A stretch of DNA of 63,689 bases, counting the filler, from Hyphochytrium catenoides (lineage: Eukaryota > Protista > Hyphochytriomycota): NCBI GenBank assembly GCA_900088475.1. It is 9 parts of 9 records of this genome, joined end to end, with 100 filler letters (N's around TTAATTAATTAA, not from the genome) between each part and the next. Parts side by side here need not be neighbours in the genome. Positions count along the whole stretch, not along the records: positions 1 to 7,903 come from FLMG01003564.1; positions 8,004 to 12,172 come from FLMG01002720.1; positions 12,273 to 23,194 come from FLMG01002050.1; 6 more parts are not named here. One strand, written 5' to 3'. A model generated the notes under the pieces. It saw nothing but the letters and a program-made list of their open reading frames with translations. It did not search any database and was not told where the DNA came from. The translations under genes and the position numbers were made by a program. Of the stretch, positions 1 to 13,534 are shown one piece after another. Every line of letters starts with the position of its first letter. The first letter of the stretch is position 1.

Positions 1-413
1 ACTGTCGTTGCCCTTGGACTGGCTCCATTTTTCTCAGGAAGGCAAAGTCATCATTAAGTTCTGAGATCGATATTAATGGGAGAAACCGCTGTTGTTAGTA
101 AGTGAGGCCTTTTGCTTCTAGGGCTATCTACCATCCATCCACCCTGACCTGGCCTGTAGCCTCTATCTAAGGACAACTGGGTGTCAGTAATCCTCAGCAT
201 CCTGAACGTCTTGCAATGGAGAAAGTGTAGCCTGTTAGTCCGAGGCCTTCAGGTTTGCTGTCATTCTCACTCCTCGGTTCTAGTGATTAATGCAATATCC
301 AAGGACTACTCAGTTAGCGGGGAAGGCGGCGGCCTGCCTGCACGAATCGGCGGAACAGGGATTTACTTAGAAACTGGCTTGCCGAGTCTTCCAGGTGTAA
401 TCGACAGCATTTC

Positions 414-638
414 CTAGGCTTCTGGTTTCTTTGGCACTTCCTTGGCAGCATTTGCCAGTCGTTGCGACGCTTCTGAAGCCTTTTTGGCTGCCTCTTTCGC
501 CAACTCTTGAGCATGCACCTCAGCCTTCACCTTTGAGGCGATGGTTGCTGCGTTCTTCATCACACTTCTGCCGACTGCTGCGAGCCCCAGGGCACCTAGA
601 ACCACCATAACGGTTCCGGGTCTCGGTACGAACACCAT
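414..638 (-). CDS. Small hypothetical protein (74 aa) with an N-terminal hydrophobic segment and an Ala/Lys/Glu-rich helical tail
   Basis: True ATG in gccATGG context. The reading frame is non-repetitive, with a hydrophobic stretch VMVVLGALGLAAVG followed by a coiled-coil-like tail. No homology recognised. Confidence 0.5.
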   Translation of the reverse strand: MVFVPRPGTVMVVLGALGLAAVGRSVMKNAATIASKVKAEVHAQELAKEAAKKASEASQRLANAAKEVPKKPEA

Positions 639-1445
639 GGCTGTCGGAGTGACTGGTAGTCAGAGACGCTGACTTTCTTGGGTCTTACTCCTTTGTGGCA
701 GTGCGCAAAAGAAGGAAGAGTCCGAAGAGCGAGTCCGTGAACTCAACCTTCTTAGAAGCCCTTGACAGTATTCGCAGTTGAGCTCCTGTGCTGTCCAAAT
801 GCTATATAGACAGGCCACAAGTATATGAGTGTTCACTACTTCTTTAGCTTGTAAGGAGTTAGTCCCCAACGGTGCTTCAAGGTAGGCGTAAGATCAAGGC
901 TGACTGTTGTTCTCCTCTGCCTGAAGCTCCATCCATCTCCTGTTATTATTGCCTATTGGAGCTTCGCGACGAGCTCTGTCTCATCTATTGACATCGGGTC
1001 ACAGACAATGATGATCTCCTGCCATCAAAGCCTGCAGATTCAATATAACACGTATATAACTGTACCATACCTTGGATAGAGCTTGATCTATTCATGATAT
1101 CAACTCCACCCACGGTCATTCAGTTACCTCTTAAAATATTATTAGTAATCTCTCACTCAGAACTTCAACTTAACACTCTTAAGAGGGGTCGATGTGGCTG
1201 AAAGGGTCATAGATACCTCGGTTAAAAAGACTCTCCCTCATCATTAGGGACAGAGAATAACTGCACAGCCGCCGGTCAGAAAGTCTTCGACAAACTTCTT
1301 TTAGCGCCGCTGACACCTGAACTCTAAGGCTTAGCGGAGAGCTGCGGCCTCTGCCAGACAGATCTGTGAGTTGCAGCTCAAACGCATTCGTCCTTGTAGG
1401 CCCAATTGCGTCTTTTCTTTCATTCTGGCGGCATTGTTTTAGACC

Positions 1446-4180
1446 ATGGTGCTACTACGAGGAGCTGTGGTGCTTGCGGCGCTGTTTGCGGCCACCACTC
1501 ATGGTGCAGATGAGAAGGACCAGATCCAGAAGCTGCCTGGATGGCACGCTCCTCTGCCTTCCAAACAGTATTCAGGCTTTCTTGATATTGGCGACAGCAA
1601 GCACCTGCACTACTGGTTTGTAGAGTCAGAGAGAGACCCTGCCACAGACCCGGTTGTTCTCTGGCTGAACGGAGGCCCAGGCTGCAGCAGCCTGGATGGA
1701 TATCTCTATGAACATGGCCCCTTCCACGTAAACCCAAAGGACCACAACCAACTGTACCGCAACCGCTGGTCCTGGACTAGAATAGCTAACGTTATCTACC
1801 TCGAGGCGCCTGCTGGGGTTGGCTTCAGGTGAGCTTTCAAGGTCAAGGACGCTCGAGGAATAACTTTGCAGCGGCAAGAACTGAAGACGGGGCATGTCAC
1901 CATATCGTACTATTACTCTTTGTGACCTTGTTGACTTAGAGGACGCCCCTCTTCAGCTCTATCGATTGACGCATATTTCCTCATCAGCGCGTCTCCTCTT
2001 TACTCTCTCAAGCGTGCCTGTTCTAATGTTAGCTTCTTGCAGTTATGCTGAAGACAAGAGCCAGTACGTTACTAATGACGATAAGACGGCTGCTGATAAC
2101 CTTAAGGCCATGGACGCGTTCTTCAAGAAATTCCCAGAGTATCGTGAGCACGACCTCTATCTCACTGGAGAGAGCTATGCAGGTACTATCACTGTAGATA
2201 GCCAGTCCAAGGAGAAGGGAGAAGAGCCTGTTGACACTTTACCCGTGGGCGGAGGACAGTCTGAAAAGTGCCTGCTACCAGCGTCACGCTATCGGACTGT
2301 AACGTTAGAGCTTGGCTGCTTATGTGGGGTTGAGAGTAGAGTGAATCCCCTAACATTTTATGACCTGCCGTCTCTGGCTGCCGCGCTCTTTTGTGATTGC
2401 ATCGTTAGGCATCTATGTCCCGACTCTAGCTGAGGAGATCATGAAGGCCACTGATAATGGCCAGATGCAGTTTAATCTGAAGGGCTTTGCGGTGGGCAAT
2501 GGCTGCATCGGCTCGGAGATTGGCGTGTGCAGCCCCCAAGGCAATAAAATACGCCTAGATTTCTGCCATATGCATGCGATGTTCAGCGATGAGCTCTATG
2601 ACAAGATGACGGAGGTTTGCAAGGACTGGGAGAACCCCGATGCGCGCTGTATGAGGTTGGTCGACCAGGCCTTGAATGAGGTGAGCGTCTAATAAGGATC
2701 ACCGACCACATAAGAAGCAAACTGCGACAGAGAGAAGCTCAGGGTAAAGATCTGGATGGGAAGAAGCAGTACTGAGTCAACATCAGGGCAAAACTTCAGA
2801 ACAATGACGATGTGACTATCGGCTAACCCTTTACCCGTGCATCTGCTGCTGTCTCTCTAGACGGGGCCCTTTGACATCTATAACATTTATGGAGATTGCA
2901 TCATTGATGAGGACAGAGCTCACCCTCTTTCCTCCTCGGTCTGGAGCTCGAGCGCAGATCCTCTTGTCCAGATTCAGGGTCGTACGTCCTCTCGAGCCTT
3001 CCGAGTGCCCGGTGTTGGCCCTCTTAGCAGGGCAATTCCCGAATGCAAGGAGGACACTGCGGCGGCTGACTGGCTGAACCGCCCTGATGTTAGAGAGGCA
3101 ATCCACGTCTCGCAGTCTCCTCTGGGATCGTGGTCTGTGTGCACCAACCAGATCCATTACACGGTGAGCAGTGTGGAACCTTCCTGTCTCCTCACCTTTC
3201 TCCTCTTCTGGTCTTCTCTGCACGTCTCCTTTGCTCCCAGTATCTTTTCTCTCGTCCACCTCTCTGCGGCATCTTCCCGTGTAGGGGCCATAACTTTCTA
3301 GCCTAGCAGAGAGAGAGGCTTTTCTTCTGGTTGCAACCCTTCTTCCGCCTAGTTGTCTTTCGGCACTGAGAGGGATGCTGGCCTCGGCTAGTCCTTTAGC
3401 TACTGATCCCAACTGACGCTTCTTCCCGGGGTCACAGAGACGTTCTCCATTGCTCTCTTCCTATCTATAAATGGAGCCACGACCAGCTGTTTCGCCTTTC
3501 TTGCTTTTGCTAAACCTTTATCATCTCTCCCGTCGAGTTACCTCCTTCTCCCAGTAACTCTCGTCTTTCTTTCCCACTTTACGGCGCAGCCCAACCGGAA
3601 GAACCTTCCCAAGGAGATCTATCCAACCCTGATTAACCGGTACCGCACCCTAATCTTCAACGGAGATGTCGATGCGTGCGTCCCATACATTGACAACGAG
3701 AAGTGGACGAGAGACATGGGATTAGACGAGAGTGAGACCTGGAGGCCTTGGATTGTGGACCATCAGGTGGCGGGCTATGTGACGACCTATAAGACAAATG
3801 ACAGCGCTCTGCCCTTCACCTTCCTCACCGTTAAGGGTGCAGGACATATGGTAAAGATGAGAACCCACCACTGTCTCTCTTCTACTTCTTCTCCTCCCTC
3901 TCTCGGGCTCGACGTGCGTGGTCATCTGACACTGGATTCTCGTTGCCAAAGACTCGGCTCCGTTTTGTCAGTCTCTCTTTCGCCGCAATGCTTCCTATTT
4001 CTTCATCTCATGGCCTGACAGCGCTCTACATGGTGGGCAGATGTTGTCCTTCACACTTTCCAGGTTCCTTCCCTCTTTGGGGCCTGTTTGACCTCTCTTT
4101 CTGCTCTTCAGGTGCCCCAGGTGAAGCCTGTTCAGGGTTATGAGATGTACAAGCGCTTCCTGGAGGGCAAGGGCTACTAA
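1446..4180 (+). CDS. Serine carboxypeptidase, peptidase family S10 (cathepsin A/SCPL-like), secreted or lysosomal; 6 exons
   Basis: Exons ~1446-1828, 2043-2182, 2409-2680, 2861-3163, 3590-3850, 4112-4180, all with GT-AG introns. Signal peptide present. Motifs: [30 protein letters not shown] (catalytic Ser), NGDVDACVP (Asp), [10 protein letters not shown] (His). Confidence 0.96.
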
Positions 4181-4748
4181 GAAGGACAAAAGAGGAATCA
4201 GATAACCTCTTAGAGTTGGGATAGACCTATAAGATCCCATAAGTACATTGTGTTGCTGTGGAAGCACGGCGAGAGCTAAGGCAGATATCACTCGTCCTCT
4301 TTTCTCTCTCTATCTCTCTCTCCGTTCCCTTACTTCTCCATCCATCCTCTCTCTCTCTTTCCTCACTCTTTTTTCTGGCCACTACCGCTGATCTGTATGT
4401 TGAAATTATCAAGAGGTGCAGTGCAATCAATAGACTTTATAGAAGATTTAAGGTGATGTCCAGGCCTCCTGGCGTCATCCCCCAGCATGTAAACAGAGCG
4501 GGAACCTGGAGCGAGCAGGTCCGCCCGTCCCCACGCCCGGCTCTCCCTTGCAGAGAAAGAATCAGCTGAAAAACAGGGGAAGAGAGATGAAGATAGCCCC
4601 TTCCGTTTACTTCCTATCGGTCTTGTATAACCCAACGTGGAAAGAGAGTGCAAATGTAAGGGATAGATCCGAATCAAACGCTTAGGTGCTACCGAAGGCA
4701 TTGAGAACTTTCGCCATTCTCTCTCTCTTTCTTTCTCTTATAAGTCCT

Positions 4749-7700
4749 CTATTCCTCGTCAGAGTCTTCCAGGTTCAGCGCGTCGAAAGCGTTCAGACTC
4801 TTCGTAGCGGGCTATATGGAGAACACGAATAATGTGCCAGGGGAGAGTGAGAGCGAGAGCAGGAGAGAAGGTTTGCGGAGATGAAGGTTGACGTCCGACA
4901 TGGCGAAAGGAAACGATGAGAAGGAAAGGCAAGACAAAGAGTGAGAGTGGGAGAGTGAGTCCATGGACTTTGGGAGAAGGAGAAAGAGAGGTACAGCAAC
5001 TGAGAAGAGGGAAAACTATAAGCCAGATTTTGTCCTCTTTTTGCCCTGTCTCTCTCTTCTTTCTCTTCCTGTCTCTCTTTCTCTCACACCCTCTCTCTCT
5101 CCCTTCTTTCTCTTGGTCTTTCATTCCTTCTTCCTCTCTCTTCCTCTCCGTCACACTCACTCTCTCTACCTCCTCCTCTCCACATATTTCTCTCTCTCTC
5201 TGGCACTTTGTGGTTCTCTGCCTGAGTGCTTATAGTCTCCGTTTGGCCTTTGTCCCTTCCTAGGATCCTTCCTTTCCCAAAAAGCTTACCGCTGGCTCTT
5301 CCTTGACCACAGCCGGCTTCCTGACCGGCCTCCCACCCTTAGCAGGGGCAAAAGAGTCCGCAGATTCTCCCTCAGGCTGCTTCTTAGTCTATTGCAAGAG
5401 GGTTAGGGCCAGAAGCTTGGAAGAGAGAGAGAGATTAAAAGAGCAGGTGTGACCTAAGCTCTGAAACATAGCTCCTTCTAAGAGACGACATGGCAGGAAA
5501 GGTGTGCGAAGGAGAGAGAAAAAAAATTAGAACATCCAAGGAAGGAGGAGAGAGAGAGAGACGAGAGAGAGAGAAAAAGGCATCAGGAGAGAAAGTGCTA
5601 GCTGAACCTTGTCGGTCTCCCTTCTCTCTGGTCTTGGTCCTCTTCCACCGCTTCTTCCCCCTTCTTCCTCGACTGGAGGAGAGCGGCGGCCCGTGCCACG
5701 CCCTCGACCACCTCCGCGGCCGCCCTCTCCACGACCACCCCTGCCGCCCTCACGCCTCTCAACGCTAAAACGGAGAGGGAGAGAGAAGGAAAGTCAGAGA
5801 GGGAGAGAGAGGTCCGCGTCGGAGAGGGCCCGTGGTATGGGGCAGGAAAGGGAGGGTTAACTAGGATAAAACAGGACCAAGAACATGCGAACGTAGGACA
5901 AGGAAGACATTGATAATAACTTACCCTTCGGATTTCTCCCGTCGTGGCCTCTCTTGGCCTCTGCCGCCTTGACGGCCAGCCGGACCTTGTCCTCTCTCTC
6001 CTCGGCCGGCTTGTCTCTCTCCTCCTTCTTCCAGTGCAGGAGAAAGAGGAGAGGCTGCTTCACCCTCTTCCTCTCTGCGCTCCGGCCTTTTTTTTATCTG
6101 TATGGGCCCTTTCATCTCTCCCTCTCCTCCTCTCTGAGAATCGCGACGAGCTTCTCTTCTTCCCCCTTCTCGTCCTCGTTCTCCTTTCTCTCCCACTGCC
6201 TCTTCCTCCAAAGTCTGTGCTGCCTCCTCAGCCTTCTTTCTTTCCTCCTCCTTCTTTTTCCGTTGTTCCTCCATCTGTCTCTTCTTCTTCTCATACTCCG
6301 ATACGTCCTGGGGCCTTCCAGCTCCAAAGATGCTGACCTTTCTCTCCTTGTTCTCTCCTTTGTCGGTTGCCGTTGTCGGCGCCTTGCCCTCCCCTTTCTT
6401 AAGGAGCTTCAGCTGTCAAGAAGGAGAGGGATGGATGAGAACTCGAGGGAGTTCGAGAGAGAGAGAAAGGGAGAGAAAGAAAGAGGAGAAAGAAAGGGAG
6501 AGAAAGAAAGAAAGAGAGAGAGAGAGAAAAAAGAGAAATGCGAGAAGAAAGGCTGGGATGAGAACAAAGAGGGATATGTGACCATAGGGGCCGTGACGGA
6601 ACAAAAAGCGCTATAATAAGCCTCAGACAACCAACCGAACAATCTCACCTTTGGCCGCTCCTTTGGTGGCTCTGCGTGGTCCGTTGGTCTAGGGAAAGGA
6701 TAAAGAAGGGGCGATGTTAGTCTGTTAATGAACGCGTCGTACGAGGAAGAGAAGTGTCGTCATAGCACGCGAAGGATGGAAATGAGCAGCAGCCAGGTAA
6801 GTTGAGAGGAGAAGAGGAGCAGAAAACCTATACTGCCCAAAAGAGCGGGAGAGCGGACGACATACGATAGAGAAAGAGAGCGGGCGAGAGAGCGGGAAAG
6901 GAGACAAAGAGAAGATAGGGAGGCGGAGTGAGGAAGCATTAGAACGAAAGAAGCGGCCTTGTAAAGAGAGATCGCCAGGAGGTGTCTCTGTCTCTCTCAA
7001 CTTACGGCTCTTCTCCGATACTCTCCCGGTGCGGCCTCTCCTGTCTGCTGAAGCGCCGACCCTGGTCATATCCTCCACTGTCTCTCCTGTCAAAGCCTCC
7101 GCCTCTGTCCTCTCTGCGATCAAACCCTCCTCTGTCTCCTCTTTCGAATCCTCCTCTGTCGTCTCTCCTGTCGTATCCTCCTCGCTCTCCCCTGTCATAG
7201 CGCCTGTCATATCTATCTCCTCCTCTTCCACCGTCTCCACGGTCATAGCGATAGCTGTCTCCTCCTCCCCTGTTGTCAAATCCATAGCCACCACGGCGGT
7301 CGCCCCTAGAACATCAACGACGGAGACAGTCTGGATTAGCCGAGCCAACTCATGAGACATTGTCAAGGAAGAAGAAGGAATCTGCAAGAGAAAAGGAGTG
7401 TGGATGCAGATAGGAAAACCTACACTCGCAACGCGGTAGGGAGAGAGAGGCAGAGAGAGAGAGAGATCCGCCCTAAGCATGAGAAGAACCACTTCTCCAA
7501 CTGTTAACCGAAATGGAAAGAGAGGGAAGGACATGTAGAGGAGAGAGATGGAAAGATAGCCCCTTCTCCCTTACACTATGCTCTCTACTAGGCCAGATAA
7601 CTGCCACGCTACTCTCGACTTCTTGTCTTCTCTCTCTTTCTCGAGACCCGCTTTCCCCATCATTCCACTCAGATCTTCAGCAGGCTGCCGTCCGGCGTCT

Positions 7701-7903
7701 TACCTCTGTCCTCCAGCTCTCTCCGCAGCAATATCGATCCTAATCTCTCGGTCGAACAGTCTGACGTTGCTTAGAGCCAGCGCCCGGACAAGAGACTCTC
7801 TATCGGCGAACTCAACGTATCCAAAGCCTTTCTTCCTTCCCGTAGTATAATCCATAGGGATACGGATGCTCACCACCTCGCAGTCGCGGAAGAAGTCGCG
7901 GAT
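4749..7903 (-). CDS. EIF4B: Eukaryotic translation initiation factor 4B-like, 5' end lost at the scaffold edge
   Basis: RRM exon 7704-7903 (RNP1 KGFGYVEF). DRYG-rich exon 7006-7305 (RGDRRGGYGFDNRGGGDSYRYDRG...). Also PPKERPK, a SIFGAGRP motif, a coiled-coil region, and last exon PATKSLNAFDALNLEDSDEE* (stop 4749-4751). Confidence 0.85.
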
Positions 7904-8003
7904 NNNNNNNNNNNNNNNNNNNNNNNNNNNNNNNNNNNNNNNNNNNNTTAATTAATTAANNNNNNNNNNNNNNNNNNNNNNNNNNNNNNNNNNNNNNNNN
8001 NNN
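7904..8003. other. Artificial scaffold-joining spacer (44N-TTAATTAATTAA-44N)
   Basis: Identical 100-bp spacer with stops in all six frames; recurs 8 times in the window. Confidence 0.97.
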
Positions 8004-11000
8004 AGGAAGAGAGAGGGAGAAGGAGATCCACCATTGAAGTAAACGAGCGGCGGATCTTTCTGTAGTGCTGTCTGAACGCTGTACTGATGATTCACCTTGT
8101 TCTCTCGCACTCTTCTCCTTCCCTTCTCGTAGTCCTAAAAAAGGTCACTCGTAGAACTAGATAGGGGCCAAAGGAAGAATTGCAAACCATTAGTGAGGAC
8201 ATCAACTACTCTATTACCCTTAGGGAAGACCCAGATCACATATATCTGCCAAATATCGCCATTGTCCATCATGAAGACGCCCAAAGTTGAGGACGGAGAG
8301 AGAGTAGACAAGAACCTGAGAGAAGGAGAGAGAGAGAGATGAAGCGACGCGCAGGAAAGAGAGAACGGAAGATGAGGCAGAGACAGAAAGAGGATAAAGG
8401 AGACAGGGAGAGAAAGAGAGGGACACAGAGAGAGAAGCCGATTGAGAGAGACAGAGAAGAGGTGAAGAGGTAAGTATACTGAGAGAAGGAGAAAGAGAGA
8501 AAGGAAGAAAAGCAGAGAGAGAGAGAGAGAGAGGAGCGAGAGAGAGANNNNNNNNNNNNNNNNNNNNNNNNNNNNNNNNNNNNNNNNNNNNNNNNNGAGC
8601 GAGAGAGCGAGATAAAGCGGGAGGAAAAGGAAGGGCAGCAATCAAGTACGGTGACTCCAGTACTAGCGAAGTACGCTTACTCCGCGCCCATTTATGATAG
8701 GGAAAACGACTGTTGTCATAAGTGCAAGTTCGAACTACGTACCACTACAGTTGTACGCTACAATGCTTGTTTATAAAAAACAAAGACGAAAGGCGGTTGT
8801 TTTACAATCCAGTGGTCACACATCAGTTCGCCCCCGTTTCCCTTCCCGGTACTTATCTTTTTATTAGGTTGCCAGGTGGCCAAATAGTAGTACTTGACAG
8901 ATACTCTCTGGGAGTAATTACTTGGCATCGACATTCTTATGGTGAATGTCGACATTCTTTACAAGTAGCGAGGGCTTGGGCGGAAGGAATGTGAGGACGC
9001 AGAACTATCGCCCTAGATATGTACAGAGGTCCTATATATCGAGTTCCGTCTACTCGTCTGCAGCGGGGACTGGTACAAGTAACGGCTGGCTCCTTCCAAG
9101 GGGGAGTGCTGGGGTTGTTCGTACAATGAGGATGATGGTCAGCTTTTGGTACAGGCGAGGGAGCTGCAGAAAGACCTCCTAAAGGCGGTAGCAGAGCGAT
9201 TGATAAAGGCCCGCTGCCGCCCCAACAATAATTGCCAGCAGTCTCAGGAAGAAAGGTGCAGTCAGACGAGACTCTACGAGCGGGGATGTTGTGAGGGCGG
9301 NNNNNNNNNNNNNNNNNNNNNNNNNNNNNNNNNNNNNNNNNNNNNNNNNNNNNNNNNNNNNNNNNNNNNNTCTTTGAGGACGGTATGCATCAAAGCGACA
9401 CGATGAAATCTCTCCTGCTGATGACCTCGTCATTGGCATTCGTGTCTCTCTCTTTTGTCTCGCTGTGCCCCTTCTGCTGCTGTTTTTGGTTTTCTCTCTA
9501 TTTGTCCCTTGCCTGTCCTTCCTGTGTAGTCTCTATATTCTTGGTTGTCTTGTCTGTTTGTGTAGGTGTCCCTTCGAACTCTCCACCCTCGTAAGCTGCT
9601 ACTCCCCTCTTTCTCCATCTTGCCCTTCTTGTTCTCTCTCTAGCGCTCTCCTCTCTTCCCTATCCCTCTTTCCGCTCCTTTTAACGGCTTTTCTCCTGGT
9701 CTCACTTGCTTTAGCGCTTTTCATTCTATCCTCAACAGGTTCTATCTTTGTACAATTTGCGGTATCGCATCATGGCTTTAGCAGCTGTTTTCCTACGCCG
9801 CCTCCGAGGTGCTGAGGAGAAAGCTGAGTAAGCCTTTTGCTGCACCAACAATATTCAGGCCAAGACTACTAGGCGGGGAAACAGAAGAGATCACATCAGA
9901 CCGCGGATACTGTTCGAGAGCTAAAGCGAGAGGGATGCAATGTATGTGACTTAATAGGGAGTGCCGCGTGCCTTTCCTCACGATGCAATCTCGTGACCAC
10001 AATGCCCCCGCGACCCTTTTTCTTATATGCATCACAAACTGCTGCAAAGTTGAGTGCCTCCCATTCTGAGATCTCATCATCTTAGGCAGGCACACAGCAG
10101 GTACCAGGTGGCAGACTAGTAGCCTGGGGTCACCGCCAAGTTTGCTGTTCTCGTTGACAGCGGAGGTGGAGGGCGCAGCAAAGAGGGAATCTAGAGTAAA
10201 GTCTGCAACAACTTCTCAAGAGTAAGGTCTCTATAATGATCCGTCATTCTGTTTTTCTCCATATTTGCCTCCTCTGTTTCTGTTCCGCCTTGCATTCTTA
10301 CTTTGACTCTCTTTCTCTTCTCCTTATTATGTTGCACTATATCTCCCTTTCCTCTTCTAATTGGCCATCTGCCTTAACTTTTCGGTCTTACCTGACCTCT
10401 TCCCTATCTAGTGCTGGGTCTTTCCTCTTTCTCTCTTCTTATCTCTCTTTACCATGACTGCCTTTCTTCTTACTCTTCCTCCTCCATCAGGCCTTCTTCT
10501 TGTTTCTCTTTCCCCTCTCCCTAGTTACAATCTCTTTCTGTCGCTGTTCGCAGATTGATAGGCAGAGCACTAAGTGAGACACAGTCATTCAGTCAATTGA
10601 CACATAGTCATCATCAAGTCCCTTTGTTACATTTACATCTAGACAAAGCTCCAGACATCATCAACATCTACCTCTGCTAAAGGTCGTCAGGTTTCTCTTC
10701 ACATTCTCCTTTCTCCGTGTGTCTTTCTCTCTTCCTGTCTTCTGATCTCTCTCTCTCTCTCTCTCTCAGCAGTCAAACTCTCCCTCACTTTCTTTTCTCC
10801 TCGTTTTCTCGCGTTATTTCTCCTCCTTTATTCTTCTTTGCACGCTCTCTCCCTCCTCGTTCAATGTCACCGACCTTATCCCTCCTTAGTCATGAACCTT
10901 CCTATCCTCTCCCTCTCGCTGCTACTCTCCCAACCGCTTTCAAAATGGCATCACGCATGGCATCACACATACTCTTCCTCACTCAGATCTGCCTTCTTTA

Positions 11001-11365
11001 TGATAGGTCGACATAGAGCCAAGCACGAGATTCATGTCAGAATTGAGTTGCGCTCCCTGAGAACTTTGATCAGGTAGAGTGAAGATGTAGGGAAGGAGAG
11101 TAAAGAATTTCTCTTCTCAGGTTGACTCGTCTCCCATCGCCTTCACCATGACCCTCTCTCGTTGTGTCGTCTGCCTTTCTCTCTTTCTCGCTCTTTCCTT
11201 TCTCCTTTCCTTTTCTTCCCGGACTTTCGTCTTTCCTCAGTGCCCCCTCCTTTTCGCTTTCTACACTCCTTAACTTTGCCTAGTTATACTCTGGAATAGG
11301 AGCTATATGAACCGACGCTTTCCGCCTCAGCAGGTCTCACCAGGTGCCTCTCTTTCTTAAGATGC

Positions 11366-11398
<33 letters not shown>

Positions 11399-12172
11399 TA
11401 AATATATATATAGAGAGATATGTTTGCTTCTCTCCTTCAGTGCACTCCACCACTCCTTCTTTCATTTACTCCCTTTTAATCTTGCCCTCCTCCTGGTGAT
11501 CTCTTCTTGGTGCCTCTAAGTTCAATCTCTCTTGGTGTCTCTATCGCTTGGGGGTTGATAGGTAATCTGTAAGCTGTTGCATGTTTCACTTGTTCTATAT
11601 AGGCCCTCCATGTCCCACTTGCCTCATCTCTTAGGGTTGTAACACTTCCTCTTTTTGTTGTCTTGTCTTTTTGTGTCTGCACCCTCTAGGTGGTTCTCTT
11701 AGCTTGATCTCCGCCTTGGCTCACTCTTACTTGGCTCTTCTCCGTATATATTGGTTCATTCAGGCCGGATCCCATCTCCTTCATTTCACCCTCTTGGCTA
11801 CCCTTCCTTGTCCTAGTGAATAGCTCACCATTCTTCGCTTTCTTGTAAGCCTTTCTACATCCGACTGCCGCCTTGAGCTTCGCTTTCTCTTCTTGCTTAT
11901 ATTGCTTAGCCTTGATTGCTGTCCTAGCTGGCCGTACTCTTGCAATCTATTCAGCCCTCCTTCCCTTCCACGCTGCTGCTTTGCGGATCATAGATACTGA
12001 ACAAAAATAATATCCCTCCTCCCTCTCGACTCAGTGTCTTTTCACTTGAGGCCCTCCGCCTCCCTCTACTCTGTCTCTTTTGTGCTCTCTGTCTCGTCGA
12101 AGTTGCCTCATGCTTTCCTTCCTTTACGTCCGCTTGCTCCTACTGGACATTTCCTACCTGTTGCCCTGAATT

Positions 12173-12272
12173 NNNNNNNNNNNNNNNNNNNNNNNNNNNN
12201 NNNNNNNNNNNNNNNNTTAATTAATTAANNNNNNNNNNNNNNNNNNNNNNNNNNNNNNNNNNNNNNNNNNNN
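12173..12272. other. Artificial scaffold-joining spacer
   Basis: 44N-TTAATTAATTAA-44N. Confidence 0.97.
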
Positions 12273-12658
12273 CGTCGCGGCCTGCAGTCTGCGGCATCGT
12301 GGGAGTCTGTGGCCTCTTTGCCCCCGGTCCCTTGACAGTTATCTCCACACTCTCTCCCTCATTGCTCTCTCTTTCTCTCTCTCTCTCTCTTTTTCTCTCT
12401 CTCTCTCTTTTTCTCTCTCTCTTTCCCTCTCTCTCTCTCTCTAGATCTCTTCTGTCTGTGCGATGTCTCTTTTCGCTCTTGTGCCTCGTATGTCTGTCAA
12501 AGTTCCCCTGACCCTAGTAGGGCCAGCAAGCTGCGCATCATCTCTTCTCTCTCTCTCTCTCTTTTCGCTCTTCTCTCGCCTCCTGATGACTGATGAGCCA
12601 TCACCTGTAGCTGTCCTCGAGGGCAGCTCGACCTCCTCATGCAGTCTCCCTCTTTCTC

Positions 12659-12705
<47 letters not shown>

Positions 12706-12906
12706 TTCTTCTTTTTCTCTCTTCCTGTCCCGCGGACTCTCCTCCCTCCACATGTAAGCTGACCACTCTGTCTCTCTCTCTCTCACTCCGTCTTCTTTTT
12801 TGCCTGTCTCTGCCTTCTCTTGAGTAAAGAATAGCTCATGAGGAAGCTTGATGAAAGGCCTCATTCGCGGTCTCTCTCTCCTGTATCTCTCTCACTTTCT
12901 CTCTCA

Positions 12907-12955
<49 letters not shown>

Positions 12956-13534
12956 TCTCTCTCTCACACACTTTTTTTGGGCAATTTTGAATTTCCTCCT
13001 TGAGGTGACAGGTTTGGCCCAAGTAGATGAATTATAAGTACAAGAGAAATACTTACTTATACAAATGAAGCAATAGAAACGTTGCTAGTCTTGATAATTA
13101 TTAACCCCGGAATCCTCACAAATACCAACTACAAGTACAACTTTATAAATATAAAGGACAGAATGAAAACAGCACATTTTCCCGCCTAAATGGGATTCTT
13201 ACCGCAAGGAGGCGGTAAGTACCAGGTAGAAAGAGATCTTCCCTTTCTTGCTCGGTTTTTGGAAGTTTCCTGCGTTCTGAGTCTTCGCGTCTGGCGGCAT
13301 TTGAAGCTTTTCCCAGACGCTTTCCGAGCGCAGATCGAAGACGCAGCGCCCGTTGAAGCATCTCCTGTCATCGTCAGTAGGTCTATTATATCACCGACGA
13401 GTTGAGAAAAAAGTGTGAGGAAGAAGAGATAGAAGCTGAGAGAGTCAGGCAGCCCTAGATCCATCCCTTTGGCAGGCGCAGTAAAAGAGAGTGAAGCTGT
13501 CTAGTACCCGCAAGAGCCCCTTCTGCTGGCCAAC

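Noticed and set aside
6725-7534. 269-aa T/E/G-rich ORF
   Set aside because: An off-frame reading of the eIF4B DRYG exon plus intron sequence.
7948-7959. Recurrent TTAATTAATTAA as a piggyBac target, CRISPR-like repeat or regulatory site
   Set aside because: It is always centred within exactly 44+44 N, so it is a synthetic linker.
8031-10095. Minus-strand fragments (LLSHIHCIPLALAL..LNIVGAA; EVFLQLPRLYQKLTIILI; KDPPLVYFNG) faintly recalling MSS51/ZMYND15 C-terminal motifs
   Set aside because: I could not join them into a consistent spliced frame; stops and N gaps intervene and the resemblance is too weak without a profile search.
11476-11990. Lys/Arg/Glu-rich minus-strand frame with two in-frame stops
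   Set aside because: Possibly decayed coding sequence, but no recognisable domain; a purine-rich strand produces such frames by chance.
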